A stretch of 64,000 bases of DNA from Nitrospiria bacterium (GCA_919901555.1 CAKKPG010000052.1:11951-75950), one strand, 5' to 3'. Numbered from the stretch's first letter, positions 9,857 through 19,302 are shown. The notes: generated from the sequence alone by a model not told the origin. Made by a program: numbers and translations.

Positions 9857-9891
9857 GCAAGGCGGGGGCTCCCTCCGCCTCGCAATTTTTT
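9857..9891 (+). terminator. Intra-operon hairpin/terminator after onr
   Basis: GCAAGGCGGGGG...CTCCGCCTCGC followed by a T-rich run. Confidence 0.5.
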
Positions 9892-9923
9892 CAATATCAA
9901 TGTATGCATGAGGAGGAGGCACT

Positions 9924-10301
9924 ATGAAATATCTACTGTTGGCGCTTGTGGCGCTTACCCTCCCGTTAACCGCCGTCGGCGCGGACAAGCCGCACATGAA
10001 GACGGTCAACCAGGACTGTGCGGAGTGTCACGTCGATCAGGAAAAGGTATGGATGGACGGAAAACACGGGCTGATGGGCGTCAAGTGTGTTGTATGCCAT
10101 GGGTCTCCGGAGGTGAATTTCACGGCAAAGCCCGGACTGAACCGGTGCCGGGGATGCCACGGAGACGCGGTTGTGGACGTCCAAAAAAAGTTGCCGGCCA
10201 AGGACCGGACCTGCTTTCTTTGCCATGAACATCACACGGCGGCCGTGAAGGAATCCGCTAAGAACAAAACAGGATTCCACGGACAAGGAGGAGGAAAATG
10301 A
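9924..10301 (+). CDS. Small periplasmic tetraheme cytochrome c, NapM-like
   Basis: Signal peptide; CAECH, CVVCH, CRGCH, CFLCH; stop overlaps the napA start. Confidence 0.8.
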   Translation: MKYLLLALVALTLPLTAVGADKPHMKTVNQDCAECHVDQEKVWMDGKHGLMGVKCVVCHGSPEVNFTAKPGLNRCRGCHGDAVVDVQKKLPAKDRTCFLCHEHHTAAVKESAKNKTGFHGQGGGK

Positions 10302-12604
10302 ACATAACCAGGAGACAACTGCTTAAGTATTCCGCCGCACTGGCCGCGGCCTCCGCGATCGGGCTCGACCTGGCCGTGCCGAAAGAGCTCATGGGGGCGG
10401 AGGCGGACGTTGAGAAATGGGTGAAGGGCGTGTGCCGCTACTGCGGGGCGGGCTGCGGCGTGTACGTCGGCGTGAAAGGCGGCAAGGTCGTCGCGGTCAA
10501 GGGCGACAAGGACAACTGGAACAAGGGCTTTCTCTGCCTCAAAGGCAATTTCCTTCCGGCCATCATGACGGCCCCGGACCGACTCAAGTATCCCCTGCTC
10601 AGAAAAGGCGACAAATTCGTCAGGATCACCTGGAACGAAGCCATGGACCTCATGGTCGGGAAATTCGCCGCTGCCTACAAGGCCGATCCGCAGTCCCTGG
10701 CCTTCTACGGCTCGGGCCAGGCCTTCACCGAAGAGTCCTACTTCATGAACAAGCTCTTCAAAGGCGGGCTCGGCACGAACAATATCGACGGCAACCCCCG
10801 GCTTTGCATGGCGTCCGCCGCGGTGGGCTACGTTTCCACCTTCGGCAAGGACGAGCCCATGGGGGCCTACGATGACATATATCATGCCGATTGTTTCTTC
10901 ATCATCGGCTCGAACATGGCCGAGGCGCACCCGGTCATTTTCCGGATGGTCAACGAGCAGAAGAAGCGGGGTGCGAAAATCATCATGGTCGACCCCCGCA
11001 AGACGCTCTCCGCCCGGATCGCCGATCTGCATATGAGTTTTGTAGCCGGCACCGATCTGGCGATCTTGAACGCCATGGCCCATGTCATCGTGAAGGAAAA
11101 CCTCCACAGCAAGGAGTACCTCGGCAAGCATCTGAAGTTCATGAAAGTAACCGATCCCGGTCCTCCCCCCAAGACTGAACCCGCCTCATGGGACGAGTAC
11201 GTCAAGCTGCTGGAAGACTACACGCCGGAAGCCGCGGAAAGGATTTCCGGTTGTCCGAAGGATGACATTATCAAGGCCGCCCGGATGTTCGCGGGGTCCA
11301 AAGGGACCACGAGTTTCTGGTGCATGGGCCTCAACCAGCGGACGCGCGGGGTCTGGGTCAACAACATGATGCACAACCTCCACCTGCTCACGGGCCAGAT
11401 CAACCGTCCCGGCGCAACGTCTTTCTCGCTCACGGGCCAGCCGAACGCCTGCGGCGGCGTGCGCGATGCGGGGATGCTGAGTCACCTGCTGCCCTACGGT
11501 CGAGCGGTGGCCATTGACAAGGACCGGGAGGATATGGAAAAATTCTGGGGTCTGCCCGCGGGCCGCATCCAGCCGAAGCCCGGACCGACCGCCGTCGAGA
11601 TGTTCCGCTCCTTCGGCAAAAACGACCTCAAAGCAATGTGGATCGCCTGCACGAATCCCGGCCAGAGTCTCCCGAACGTGGACGTCTACCGCAAGGCCAT
11701 GGAGAACAAGGACACGTTCCTGGTGGTGTCCGAAGCCTACCATCCGACGAAGACTTCGGAGCTGGCGGACCTTGTCCTGCCTGCGGCCTTATGGGTCGAG
11801 AAAGACGGCACCTACGGCCAGTCCGAGCGGCGGTACCAGTACCTCGAGAAGGCGATCAATCCTCCCGGCGAGGCGCGGCCCGATCTCGATGTGATGCTCG
11901 AGTTCGCGAACAAGCTCTTCAAAGCCCTGGATCTGGAGCGCGAGGCCGGGAAGCTTTTCGCCTTTAAAAATTCCGAAGACGTCTGGAACGAAATCAGGCT
12001 GGCGTCCAAAGGAACGGCTTACGACTTCATGGGCATGACCCGGGCGCGCCTCAAGAAGGCCCACGGCATCCAGTGGCCCTGCCCTACGGAAGACCATCCG
12101 GGCACGGCGCGTCGATACACGGCCAAGTACGGCGACCCCCTGGTGAAAAAGTTCGATCCCGCGGCCGACGACGTGTCGTTTTACGGGAGCAAGGACAAGA
12201 AGGCCGCAGTATGGCTCCGTCCCTACAAAGGCCCCGCCGAGCCGCCTGACGCCGAATATCCTTTCGCCCTGACCACGGGACGGCAGATCGAGCACTGGCA
12301 CACCGGCACCATGACCCTGAAGGTGCCCGAGCTGCGGCGTTCGGCGCCGGCGGCGTACGTGGAGATCAATCCCCGCGACGCGGCGAAGCTCGGCGTCAAG
12401 AGCAAGGACAAGGTGAGGGTCACTTCCCGCCGCGGCTCCATCGTCCTCGAAGCGAAGGTGATGGACGTGCCGAGAGACGGCCTCATCTTCGTTCCGATGC
12501 ATTATCCGGACAAGATGATCAACAGCTTGACGAACGACGCCTTCGACCCGATGTCCAAGCAGCCGGAGTACAAGATCTGCGCGGTGAAGCTGGAAAAGGC
12601 GTAG
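10298..12604 (+). CDS. napA: Periplasmic nitrate reductase catalytic subunit
   Basis: Tat signal TRRQLLK; CRYCGAGC...C [4Fe-4S]; NPRLCMASA Mo-ligand Cys; SLTGQPNACG; KQPEYKICAV. Confidence 0.93.
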   Translation: MNITRRQLLKYSAALAAASAIGLDLAVPKELMGAEADVEKWVKGVCRYCGAGCGVYVGVKGGKVVAVKGDKDNWNKGFLCLKGNFLPAIMTAPDRLKYPLLRKGDKFVRITWNEAMDLMVGKFAAAYKADPQSLAFYGSGQAFTEESYFMNKLFKGGLGTNNIDGNPRLCMASAAVGYVSTFGKDEPMGAYDDIYHADCFFIIGSNMAEAHPVIFRMVNEQKKRGAKIIMVDPRKTLSARIADLHMSFVAGTDLAILNAMAHVIVKENLHSKEYLGKHLKFMKVTDPGPPPKTEPASWDEYVKLLEDYTPEAAERISGCPKDDIIKAARMFAGSKGTTSFWCMGLNQRTRGVWVNNMMHNLHLLTGQINRPGATSFSLTGQPNACGGVRDAGMLSHLLPYGRAVAIDKDREDMEKFWGLPAGRIQPKPGPTAVEMFRSFGKNDLKAMWIACTNPGQSLPNVDVYRKAMENKDTFLVVSEAYHPTKTSELADLVLPAALWVEKDGTYGQSERRYQYLEKAINPPGEARPDLDVMLEFANKLFKALDLEREAGKLFAFKNSEDVWNEIRLASKGTAYDFMGMTRARLKKAHGIQWPCPTEDHPGTARRYTAKYGDPLVKKFDPAADDVSFYGSKDKKAAVWLRPYKGPAEPPDAEYPFALTTGRQIEHWHTGTMTLKVPELRRSAPAAYVEINPRDAAKLGVKSKDKVRVTSRRGSIVLEAKVMDVPRDGLIFVPMHYPDKMINSLTNDAFDPMSKQPEYKICAVKLEKA

Positions 12605-12735
12605 CATAGCGCGGCCTCCGGCCGCAATTGAAAATTGGAAATTTCAAATTGTAAATTTGATGTATGGCCGAAGGCCATGATGTTATAAACATTCGCGCAG
12701 ACATGCCTGCCTGTGCGTGTACGCACGCAGACAGG
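12605..12735. repeat. 7-bp periodic repeat element with ATGGCC..GGCCAT core, plus a CCTG hairpin
   Basis: GCAATTG AAAATTG GAAATTT CAAATTG TAAATTT, then TATGGCCGAAGGCCATG; CCTGCCTGTGCGTGTACGCACGCAGACAGG. Confidence 0.7.
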
Positions 12736-12853
12736 TCAAGTTTTAAAGAGAAATAACGGATAGCTTTCGACCACAGGCCCCTGAGGGGCGGGGGTGAGGG
12801 CGCCGTTGTCTTTGGGGACCTGTGGTTGCCTCTTCACAAGGACGGTGCGATCT

Positions 12854-13084
12854 ATGGCGATTTCGAGCGTTATCGTGGACATTGAAGACGGCGCAATTGA
12901 ACAGGTGCTGCCCATGCTCGGAAGGGTCCCCGGCATAAGCGTGTTCGGCGTGAAGGACAATCAAATCGTGACCGTCATAGAGGCCGAGACCCTCCTTGCG
13001 GTGAACGATGTCATAAAAACAGTGTCCGGGTTCGAAAGGGTAATCGGTATTTATCCGGTTTATGCGGGGGACCATGCAGAGTAG
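12854..13084 (+). CDS. napD: NapA chaperone
   Basis: MAISSVIV...QIVTVIE, 76 aa, located between napA and napG. Confidence 0.75.
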   Translation: MAISSVIVDIEDGAIEQVLPMLGRVPGISVFGVKDNQIVTVIEAETLLAVNDVIKTVSGFERVIGIYPVYAGDHAE

Positions 13085-13553
13085 GTTTCTTCGGCCGCCG
13101 GGCGCTCTGCCCGAGAATGAATTTCTTGCCACATGCATACGATGCGGAAAATGCGTCCAGGCCTGTCCCTACGGGACGATCAAAACGGCAAGCCTCCTGG
13201 ACGGCGTCACGGTCATGGGAACGCCGGTTATTTATGCAAGGGACAGGCCCTGTTACCTGTGCATGAAGTGTCCGCCCGTTTGTCCGTCAGGCGCGCTCAA
13301 AAGGGGTCTGAAGGAGAAGGAGCAGGTCCGCATGGGCACTGCCGTCATCGCGAAGAAAGAGTGCCTGGCCTGGCAGGAAACCTTGTGCAGAAGCTGTTTT
13401 GATGATTGCCCCCTGATCGGTGAGGCAATTATCATGGACAATGAACTGCGTCCCGTTGTGGACGATAAAAAATGCGTGGGCTGCGGCATCTGCGAGAACG
13501 TCTGTCCGGTTGACCCGGCGGCCGTTGCGGTCCGGCCCGGAGGGAAAGGGTGA
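13062..13553 (+). CDS. napG: NapG/MauM ferredoxin-type protein
   Basis: LRPPGA..E..F...CIRCGKC..ACP and three more Cys clusters; start may be 13074. Confidence 0.82.
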   Translation: MRGTMQSRFLRPPGALPENEFLATCIRCGKCVQACPYGTIKTASLLDGVTVMGTPVIYARDRPCYLCMKCPPVCPSGALKRGLKEKEQVRMGTAVIAKKECLAWQETLCRSCFDDCPLIGEAIIMDNELRPVVDDKKCVGCGICENVCPVDPAAVAVRPGGKG

Positions 13554-14344
13554 GGTTGAAACGCCTGCGCACGGCCGCCCAGATCGGGACGATCTGTCTC
13601 GTCATTCTCGTTCCCCTCGCCAACAAGAAGGGGTTCACGTTCATCACCGGAACGCTGTATTCCCTCGCCGTCGGGCCGGTCTGGATAACAGACCCGCTGA
13701 TCGGCGTGCAGACGGTCCTCACCACCGCGAGGCTGGACGCCGTGCTCCTCCTGTCCCTGCTTATCCCGGTGTTCCTCGCATTTGCCCTGGGCAGGGTGTT
13801 CTGCGGCTGGATGTGCCCGCAGAACACGATCTCCGAATGGGCGGATCGTGTGGCCGCGAAACTGGGTATCACAAGGCTCTTCCGTCCCCAGCCGCGCGCG
13901 CTGCCGCGCACCATCGTGCTGGCAGCCGTGTTGACGGCTACGCCGCTGGTCGGGTTTCCACTGGCAAGCCTCCTGTCCGCGCCGGGGCTCATCTCCGCCC
14001 AGGCCGGGAAATACGTGGTCGAGGGCGTCGTGGGGCTTGAAGCGGGACTCATCGGTCTGATCGTGGTCGTGGAGTTTTTTCTGGTGAGGCGGGCGTGGTG
14101 CAATTATCTCTGCCCGGTGGGCGGGTTCCTGGGTCTGTTCCGCCTGAAGGGCACGCTCAAGGTGGTGTTTGCCGAGGACGCGGAACATGTGTGCGGCAAA
14201 TGCCGGGCATGCGTTGATGCGTGCGGGCTGGGACTCGATCCCCTGGGAGGGAATTTGTATCCGCTGTGCCACAACTGCGGCGACTGCGTCGGTGTCTGCG
14301 AGGCGCTGAAGGAACGCGGCAAGCCCCTTTCGTTCCGGTTCTGA
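13550..14344 (+). CDS. napH: NapH/MauN membrane ferredoxin
   Basis: GRVFCGWMCP, WCNYLCPVG and two C-terminal 4Fe-4S motifs; TM helices. Confidence 0.85.
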   Translation: MRLKRLRTAAQIGTICLVILVPLANKKGFTFITGTLYSLAVGPVWITDPLIGVQTVLTTARLDAVLLLSLLIPVFLAFALGRVFCGWMCPQNTISEWADRVAAKLGITRLFRPQPRALPRTIVLAAVLTATPLVGFPLASLLSAPGLISAQAGKYVVEGVVGLEAGLIGLIVVVEFFLVRRAWCNYLCPVGGFLGLFRLKGTLKVVFAEDAEHVCGKCRACVDACGLGLDPLGGNLYPLCHNCGDCVGVCEALKERGKPLSFRF

Positions 14345-14439
14345 GAAGACCTTAAAACGGGATACGCCGTCCGTGCCATTGCATGGGTACGGAAATGCTT
14401 TTTACCTGTTTCCCCACAACCCGATACAATTTGCTATAA

Positions 14440-14482
14440 TATGACCTATATCATACCCAAAAGGTACGCTTCAGATTATTCT
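14440..14482 (+). promoter_or_regulatory. Crp/Fnr-type site upstream of norCB-1
   Basis: TATGAC-CTAT-ATCATA (14440-14455), 21 bp before TATTCT; an extra TGCTATAAT (14432-14440) overlaps its left edge. Confidence 0.65.
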
Positions 14483-14524
14483 CGCTTCACCAGTTTTTCT
14501 ATTTGACAACTTAAGGAGGTGTCT

Positions 14525-15202
14525 ATGAGCAACAAAGCAGCACGGAATTTGTTTATTTTCGGCAGTCTCTTCTTCTTCGTCATCTTCCTGGGCCTCACCG
14601 TCGACACGATGAACCAGATCGACGGCAGGGCCCCGGAGGTGACGAAGGAAGTGGACGCCGGCAAGATGGTCTGGCAGAAGTACGACTGCATCGGGTGCCA
14701 TACCATCCTGGGAAACGGGTCCTACTTCGCGCCCGACATGACCAAGGTCGTGGAGCGAAAGCCGGCCGGGTACCTCAAGCAGTTTCTGATGGATCCCCGG
14801 GCCGTGAAACCGACCGCGGCCATGCCGAAGCTGGGGCTCACCTCGCGGGAAGCCGATGATCTGGTCGCTTTCCTCACCTGGATCTCGAAGATCGACACGA
14901 ACGGATGGCCGCCCAAGCCCATGCTGGCCGCTGCGGCGGGAGTCGGCGGGAAAGAACAGACCCGGGGACAGCAGGTATACCAGTCCCAGGGGTGTTCGAA
15001 CTGCCACAACATCAACGGCATCGGCGGCACCAGCGGGCCCGAACTGACGCGCGTCGGAGCGAACGGGAAGGATGCAGCATGGCATGTGAAGCACCTGAAG
15101 GAGCCCCGCTCCGTCGTCCCCAATTCGGCGATGCCGCCCTACGCCGCCTTGTCGAATGACGATCTGAAATCTCTGGCCGCGTATCTCGTTACGTTAAAAT
15201 AG
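14525..15202 (+). CDS. norC: Nitric oxide reductase cytochrome c subunit, diheme
   Basis: N-terminal TM, CIGCHTILGNGSYFAPD, AMP; second domain CSNCH...GPELT...SAMP; AAGGAGG RBS. Confidence 0.85.
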   Translation: MSNKAARNLFIFGSLFFFVIFLGLTVDTMNQIDGRAPEVTKEVDAGKMVWQKYDCIGCHTILGNGSYFAPDMTKVVERKPAGYLKQFLMDPRAVKPTAAMPKLGLTSREADDLVAFLTWISKIDTNGWPPKPMLAAAAGVGGKEQTRGQQVYQSQGCSNCHNINGIGGTSGPELTRVGANGKDAAWHVKHLKEPRSVVPNSAMPPYAALSNDDLKSLAAYLVTLK

Positions 15203-15256
15203 CCCCCCTCTCCTCTGCTCCTCCCCCTCGAGGGGGGAGGAAACAAGGTGGGGGTG
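15203..15256. repeat. CCCCTCTCC/GGGGGAGG REP-like palindrome between norC and norB
   Basis: CTCCCCCTCGAGGGGGGAG hairpin with C-rich and G-rich flanks; related elements at 36413-36486, 40500-40530 and 59341-59393. Confidence 0.55.
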
Positions 15257-15279
15257 CTTCACAATAATTGGAGGTGACA

Positions 15280-16653
15280 ATGACCGTCAAATATCAAAGT
15301 CAGAAGATCGCACAGTACTTTTACACGTTCGCCGTCATCCTGTTCCTCGTCCAGGTACTGGTCGGGATCATCGCGGCGATCCAGTTCATCAGACCCGATA
15401 TTTTCATCCTGAACTTCAACACCATCCGGACGCTCCACATCAACGCCCTCGTGGTCTGGCTGCTGGCGGGCATGATGGGCGCGACGTATTACGTGGTCCC
15501 CGAGGAATCGGAGACCGAGGTCTGGAACTACCCCCTCGCCCTCTTCCAGTTCTGGGCGACCGTGGTTGCCATCACGCTGGTCGTGCTGGGGTATATCTGG
15601 ATGGGCCTCGATCCCCAGGCGAACAAGCTCGTGCTGGGCACCCAGCTCCTGAACGAGGGCCGCGAATATATCGAAGCGCCCCGTTGGGCGGACGGCCTGA
15701 TCGTGATCTCGGTGCTGCTGTTCCTGTTCAACATGTTCATGACCATGTTCAAGACCAAGAAGTGGACCGGCATCCAGGGGGTCCTGCTCTTCGGCCTCGT
15801 GTTCCTGGCCCTCATGTACCTGCCGGGCATGTTCTACTCGAAGAACATGATCAAGGACCAGTTCTGGTGGTGGTGGGTCATCCACCTCTGGGTGGAAGGC
15901 TCCTGGGAAGTGATCGCCGGCGCGCTGCTCGCCTTCATGCTGATGAAGACCATCGGCGCCAAGCGCGAGGTGCTGGAGAAGTGGATGTACATCGAGGTCG
16001 GCCTCGTGCTCTTCACCGGCATCCTCGGGACGGGACATCACTACTATTTCATCGGCACACCGAAGTACTGGCACTGGATCGGCGGATTTTTCAGTTCGCT
16101 CGAACCCGTACCGCTGCTCCTGATGGTCTGGGACGCATTCCGGACCACCCGTGAGGCGCGGAACGTTACGAACAAGCCGGGGCTGTTCTACACCGTGGCC
16201 CATGCCATCTTCAACTTCGTGGGCGCCGGACTCTGGGGCATCATCCATACCCTGCCCCAGGTGAACAAGTGGACCCACGGCACCCAGATCACCACGGCCC
16301 ACGGCCACCTTGCGTTCTACGGCGCCTACGTGCTGCTGGTCATCTCCATGATCTACGTGACCCTGCCGTCCATCCGCGGCGTGAAGGACTACAACCCGGC
16401 GCGGGCGTACCTTGCGTTCTGGTGGATGACGATCTCCATGGTCTTCATCGTGCTGACCATCACCGGCGCGGGCATGGTCCAGGTCTACATGGAGCGGCTC
16501 ATGGGGCTTGATTACGTAGCGGTCAAAACGACCTACAACCTCTGGTTCTGGATCCTCAGGGCTATCTTCGGCGTGGGCTTCCTGGTCGGCGTCTCGATCT
16601 TCGTGTACGACTTCTTCAAGCTCGGCAGGGAGCCGGCGAAGCAGAAGGCGTAA
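15280..16653 (+). CDS. norB: Nitric oxide reductase large subunit (cNOR)
   Basis: RTLHIN, GREYIE, HLWVEGSWE, GTGHH, SSLEP, AHGHLAF: all His ligands and conserved Glu present. Confidence 0.92.
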   Translation: MTVKYQSQKIAQYFYTFAVILFLVQVLVGIIAAIQFIRPDIFILNFNTIRTLHINALVVWLLAGMMGATYYVVPEESETEVWNYPLALFQFWATVVAITLVVLGYIWMGLDPQANKLVLGTQLLNEGREYIEAPRWADGLIVISVLLFLFNMFMTMFKTKKWTGIQGVLLFGLVFLALMYLPGMFYSKNMIKDQFWWWWVIHLWVEGSWEVIAGALLAFMLMKTIGAKREVLEKWMYIEVGLVLFTGILGTGHHYYFIGTPKYWHWIGGFFSSLEPVPLLLMVWDAFRTTREARNVTNKPGLFYTVAHAIFNFVGAGLWGIIHTLPQVNKWTHGTQITTAHGHLAFYGAYVLLVISMIYVTLPSIRGVKDYNPARAYLAFWWMTISMVFIVLTITGAGMVQVYMERLMGLDYVAVKTTYNLWFWILRAIFGVGFLVGVSIFVYDFFKLGREPAKQKA

Positions 16654-16690
16654 GAGCAGACCGCACACGGACAATGCATATGCATAATCG

Positions 16691-16724
16691 GGGGACGGCG
16701 ACGGCGCCGTCCCCCCTTTTCTTT
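16691..16724 (+). terminator. Terminator after norB-1
   Basis: GGGGACGGCG-ACGG-CGCCGTCCCC followed by CTTTTCTTT. Confidence 0.75.
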
Positions 16725-16784
16725 CGCGCAGCCATCAACGCTGTCCGGAACCGAAATACCGGGCAAGCGACAAGGGAGGACTGT

Positions 16785-17282
16785 ATGAACAGAAGGAACA
16801 GGATGGTCATGTCACTCGCTACGGGCCTCGCGGCATCGCTCGTTGTTTCCCTTGCCGCCTTCGGGGGAAGCGATCATGACGACAAGCATCACGCCGGCGA
16901 GCGCACGCACGGCGCTCAAGCCCAGAGCAAGCATGAGCACGGCGGGAATCCGCTCATCGAGGAAATGGCGGCGCTCGACGCCGTGTTCCGCGACGTCGTA
17001 TCGGGCGTGGCCATGAGCGACGGCCACCGGGTGCACGAGGCGCTCGAAAAGATGCACGGCGCCATGGAAAAGACCCAGGTCGGCGTGAAACACGGCACGG
17101 TCACGCTCAAGAAGAACGCAAACCGCCTGAGCGACTTCGTCGAACAGGACAAGCAGTTCCACGGAAAGCTCGAAGACCTGGCACGGGCCGCGCACAAGAA
17201 CGACGGGAACGCCATGCTGTCTCTGACCAAGGAGCTGCTGGACCGATGTGTGAAATGCCACCGGGATTTCCGGATGCCGTAG
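16785..17282 (+). CDS. Cytochrome c'-like helical protein with His-rich N-terminus
   Basis: GGAGG RBS; signal peptide; DHDDKHH...KHEH; a single C-terminal CVKCH. Confidence 0.7.
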   Translation: MNRRNRMVMSLATGLAASLVVSLAAFGGSDHDDKHHAGERTHGAQAQSKHEHGGNPLIEEMAALDAVFRDVVSGVAMSDGHRVHEALEKMHGAMEKTQVGVKHGTVTLKKNANRLSDFVEQDKQFHGKLEDLARAAHKNDGNAMLSLTKELLDRCVKCHRDFRMP

Positions 17283-17289
17283 CGTTCCT

Positions 17290-17332
17290 TATGACCCAGG
17301 TCATACCCCTCCTCCGCCGGCAGCGGTATACT
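17290..17332 (+). promoter_or_regulatory. Crp/Fnr-type site and -10 upstream of the polyferredoxin gene
   Basis: TATGAC-CCAG-GTCATA (17290-17305), 21 bp before TATACT (17327-17332). Confidence 0.7.
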
Positions 17333-17338
17333 ATAAAT

Positions 17339-18280
17339 ATGAAGCAAGCGACCCTCACGACCTGGCGCCGCGTCTCGCAGATCGCCTTCATCCTGTTCAT
17401 TTTTCTGATGCCGGTGCTGAACATCCTGCGTATCGACTCGGACACCCATGAGCTGATCATCTTCGGCGCCTCCTGGAGCTTCGGCATCCAGCCTGAATAT
17501 TACGCCGACCGGAGCGCCTTGGGCGGCCTGCGGATAGCCGGCCAGTTCCTTCTCAAGGGCATCCTTCCCTGGGTGCTGTTCCTGGCCATCTTTCCCCTGC
17601 TCGGCTGGCTCACGGGAAGGCTCTTCTGCGGCTGGCTCTGTCCGGAAGGCGCGCTGTTCGAGCTGTCGGACTTCCTCACGCTGAAACTGCTGGGCAGGCG
17701 GAACCTGTACGGCAAGCGGCCGAACGATCCCGACGACGCGAAGGGAAAAAGCCTTCTGTACGGCGCCATCGCGGTCCTGTGTGCTATATTCATACCATTG
17801 TCAGGCGGCGTGGCGCTTACCGGGTACTTCGTTGCGCCGAAGACCATCTGGCGCCAGATCGCAGCCTGGGACTTCACCTTCGGCGTGAAGGCCGGGATCA
17901 TCGGCGTCTCGATCTATATGCTCATCACATCGATCTTCGTGCGCCACGTCCTGTGCCGGTACGTCTGCGCCGCGGGGCTCATGCAAATGCTCTTCGGATG
18001 GATCAGCCCGGTTTCGCTCAGACTCAGGATGGACAGCGCCCGGATATCGGCGTGCACGGACTGCAAAGGCTGCGACCGGGCCTGCTTCATGAACGTGACC
18101 CCGCGAAAGAACAAGCGGGACATTTCCTGCGTGAACTGCGGGGCGTGCATCGAGGCGTGCAACACGGAACTGGGCATGGGGAAGGGCCTCTTCCATCTCG
18201 CATTTGGAAAAAGCTGCGCCTTGCCTGAGCAGAACTGCAGAAACATCGCGCCATCTCCAAGCGGACCCGTCAAAACATAG
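17339..18280 (+). CDS. Membrane 4Fe-4S protein (NapH/CcoG-RdxB-like)
   Basis: GRLFCGWLCPEG, CRYVC, CTDCKGCDRAC, CVNCGACIEAC; several TMs. Confidence 0.8.
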   Translation: MKQATLTTWRRVSQIAFILFIFLMPVLNILRIDSDTHELIIFGASWSFGIQPEYYADRSALGGLRIAGQFLLKGILPWVLFLAIFPLLGWLTGRLFCGWLCPEGALFELSDFLTLKLLGRRNLYGKRPNDPDDAKGKSLLYGAIAVLCAIFIPLSGGVALTGYFVAPKTIWRQIAAWDFTFGVKAGIIGVSIYMLITSIFVRHVLCRYVCAAGLMQMLFGWISPVSLRLRMDSARISACTDCKGCDRACFMNVTPRKNKRDISCVNCGACIEACNTELGMGKGLFHLAFGKSCALPEQNCRNIAPSPSGPVKT

Positions 18281-18543
18281 AATTCTTTATTAGGCCTCCA
18301 TTCCTTTTTTATCATTCCTGCCGCACCATCCCGGAAAACCTCTCATGACTCATACGTGACGGAAGAGGCGCTCTCTTTTCCAAATTTGCACCAACCTCTA
18401 TTTATTGATGGGCCTCGGGCAGGAAATCAAAGTCTTCCTTTGAGCAGAGGGCAAAGCGAGTGCGGCTCCGGCGGATTTCTCTTTTTCACCCTTTTGTGGA
18501 AACTTTTTCTGTTCTATTCGTATCCTGATACATCTTTAATCAT

Positions 18544-18606
18544 TTGCCTAAAAACCTATCGTAAAAAAAACGCCCGCTGAGCAATTCCATTCGCGTTTTT
18601 CGGCAA
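18544..18606. promoter_or_regulatory. Candidate enhancer (UAS) inverted repeat upstream of the sigma54 promoter
   Basis: TTGCCTAAAAAC (18544-18555) and GTTTTTCGGCAA (18595-18606), one mismatch. Confidence 0.4.
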
Positions 18607-18658
18607 CAACTCAATAAAATCCGCATGTTACATGCAAATGTCCCTGCGCCTGAAAGAA

Positions 18659-18674
18659 TGGCATATGCCTTGCT
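18659..18674 (+). promoter_or_regulatory. Sigma54 (-24/-12) promoter of nrfHA
   Basis: TGGCAT-ATGCC-TTGCT, exact GG-N10-GC spacing. Confidence 0.75.
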
Positions 18675-18820
18675 ATAAGAGATGTAAGAGATGCATGGAA
18701 ATCGTCGTAAGACGACTTTCAGGCAGGCGCCGAAGGCCTTCATGGTGACGGCGCCCCGGAGGCTGGAGTATACGCCATGAAAAAAAATCTATGGACCGGC
18801 AACGAGGGAGGTAAACGAAT

Positions 18821-19285
18821 ATGATCCTGTTTAAATCGAAAAAAACCATCATCTCCTTCATTCTTGGAGGAGCCGGAACAGTCATCATGCTCATCTTTTT
18901 CCTCTTGGGGCCGCCAAAGCTCCTTGCCAAGTCCGAACAGCCGGCCTTCTGCGTACGATGCCATGTCATGGAAGTAGCATATGAATCATGGATCCATGCG
19001 GGCGCCCACAGGAGGAAAACCTGCGTCGACTGTCACCTGCCGAATGAAAATGCGGTCGCACACTATATTTGGAAGTCGATCGACGGCATAAAAGACGTTG
19101 CGCTCTTCTATTCCGGCATGGTCCCGGACCGCATAGAACTGACGTCGCACGGAGAAAAGGTGCTCCAGGCGAACTGCATCAGGTGCCACGATCAGACCGT
19201 GACGCACATCGACCAGGACAGAAAATGCTGGGAATGCCACCGCAGGATCATGCATGCCCGGAGCGGCGCTATGGAAACGATCTGA
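18821..19285 (+). CDS. nrfH: Cytochrome c nitrite reductase small subunit
   Basis: N-terminal TM; CVRCHVM, CVDCH, CIRCH, CWECH. Confidence 0.9.
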   Translation: MILFKSKKTIISFILGGAGTVIMLIFFLLGPPKLLAKSEQPAFCVRCHVMEVAYESWIHAGAHRRKTCVDCHLPNENAVAHYIWKSIDGIKDVALFYSGMVPDRIELTSHGEKVLQANCIRCHDQTVTHIDQDRKCWECHRRIMHARSGAMETI

Positions 19286-19302
19286 TAACAAGGGAGTTTG
19301 TC

